Origin: Parcubacteria group bacterium ADurb.Bin305 | GTDB taxonomy: Bacteria > Patescibacteriota > Minisyncoccia > UBA6257 | Length of the DNA stretch: 44,892 nt | Assembly (NCBI GenBank): GCA_002069525.1 | Contig: MWBJ01000002.1 | Coordinates: 1-44,892, forward strand | Direction: 5' to 3' | In this document: positions 44,013 through 44,892 of the stretch, in pieces | Layout: every line of letters starts with the position of its first letter | Position numbering within the stretch: the stretch's first letter is position 1 | The notes under the pieces: model-generated | The model's input: only the letters and a program-made list of their open reading frames with translations | Database searches by the model: none | Told to the model about the DNA's origin: nothing | Made by a program: the position numbers and the translations under genes

Positions 44013-44892
44013 TTTGAGTGGTATTAATTTGTTCTAATATTAAATGATCCTTTTGCAGGCTTACTTTAATATTAGCTCCACTTTTAATTTCATTAGTAAT
44101 TATTTTATCTGCAATAACATCTAAAACATTTTTTTCTAAATAACGTTTCAAGGGGCGAGCTCCATAATTAGGATCGTAACCATGAAAAGCAATATACTTC
44201 TTAGCTTCTGGCGTCAATATTAAATGGATATTCTTAGCCTCTAATCTCTTCTGTATTTTAGCCACCTGAATTTCCACTATTTTTTCAATATCAGCTAGGG
44301 TTAAGGAATTAAATACGATAATTTCATCAATGCGATTAAGAAATTCGGGTCTAAAATTTTCTTGCAGGGATTCTAATATTTTATTTTTTAAATCCAAACG
44401 TTTATTTTCAGCACCTGTTCCTTGTGAAGAAGTATCAAACCCTAAGCGAGCCATTTCCCTTACATACTCTCCTCCTAAGTTAGAAGTCATAATAATAATA
44501 GTATTCCTAAAATTAATAGTGCGTCCTTTACCATCAGTTAAACGTCCATTATCTAAGATTTGCAACAAAATATTAAACACTTCCGGATGAGCTTTTTCAA
44601 TCTCGTCAAATAAAATTAAACTATAAGGTCTGTGTTTAACCGCTTCTGTTAATTGTCCGCCCTCTTCATAGCCCACATATCCGGGAGGAGAACCAATCAA
44701 CCTAGCCACACTGTGCTTTTCCATATATTCCGACATATCAAAACGCAGCATAGCTTTTTCATCAGAAAACAAAAATTCAGCCAAAGCTCTAGCTAATTCT
44801 GTTTTCCCCACACCAGTAGGTCCCAAAAAAATAAAAGAACCGCTAGGACGATCTTCCTCACTGATGCCGGCCCTAGCGCGACGAATAACTCG
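43981..44892 (-). CDS. ClpB/ClpC-type Hsp100 AAA+ chaperone, C-terminal (D2) part; 5' end lies outside the window
   Basis: GPTGVGKTELARALAEFLF, DMSEYMEKHSVARLIGSPPGYVGYEEGG, LFDEIEKAHPEVFNILLQILDNGRLTD and GARPLKR. The frame stays open to the window edge upstream of the listed Met. Confidence 0.85.
   Translation of the reverse strand, partial: RVIRRARAGISEEDRPSGSFIFLGPTGVGKTELARALAEFLFSDEKAMLRFDMSEYMEKHSVARLIGSPPGYVGYEEGGQLTEAVKHRPYSLILFDEIEKAHPEVFNILLQILDNGRLTDGKGRTINFRNTIIIMTSNLGGEYVREMARLGFDTSSQGTGAENKRLDLKNKILESLQENFRPEFLNRIDEIIVFNSLTLADIEKIVEIQVAKIQKRLEAKNIHLILTPEAKKYIAFHGYDPNYGARPLKRYLEKNVLDVIADKIITNEIKSGANIKVSLQKDHLILEQINTTQNVKSNSRKKS

Overview
The window is a visibly AT-rich bacterial chromosome segment. 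Gene content and style (compact housekeeping genes, lysine-rich tails on core proteins, type IV pilus-like and VirD4-like genes, split or orphan central-metabolism genes) fit a small-genome Patescibacteria/CPR-like organism; that assignment is inference only. Almost everything is on the minus strand. Recognisable content includes five tRNAs (one cut by the window edge) and translation genes: tsf, rpsB, rpmE, prfA, rpsF, tyrS, pth and a truncated prfB. Replication and repair are represented by ssb, recA and dnaG. Transcription, division and envelope genes include rpoD, ftsEX, a RodZ-like gene, murE-like, ddl, dgkA, an LCP gene and an M50 protease. A few metabolic genes are present (enolase, 2-hydroxyacid dehydrogenase, HAD phosphatases, orphan transketolase C-subunit). 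The genetic code appears standard: TAA dominates, but TGA and TAG stops were verified by hand. The parts worth a second look are: (1) a tight operon of a sigma-region-4/HARE-HTH protein, a membrane protein and a soluble VirD4/TraD-like ATPase, coupled to ddl; (2) a cluster of a repeat protein, a radical SAM enzyme and a membrane-anchored LMW-phosphatase-like protein, preceded by a G+C-rich structured-RNA candidate next to tRNA-Trp; (3) a terminator-bounded module in which a 71-bp promoter/5'UTR is duplicated exactly in front of an unknown gene and a pair of nucleoside-deoxyribosyltransferase-like and HAD-like genes; (4) an RF2 lacking domain 1; (5) a cysteine-rich, Thr/Pro-linker secreted protein; (6) an HExxH peptidase-like gene interrupted by an in-frame TAA behind a perfect 16-bp inverted repeat. 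No CRISPR array, rRNA, transposase or integrase was seen. All family assignments come from reading motifs in the supplied translations; no database search was possible.
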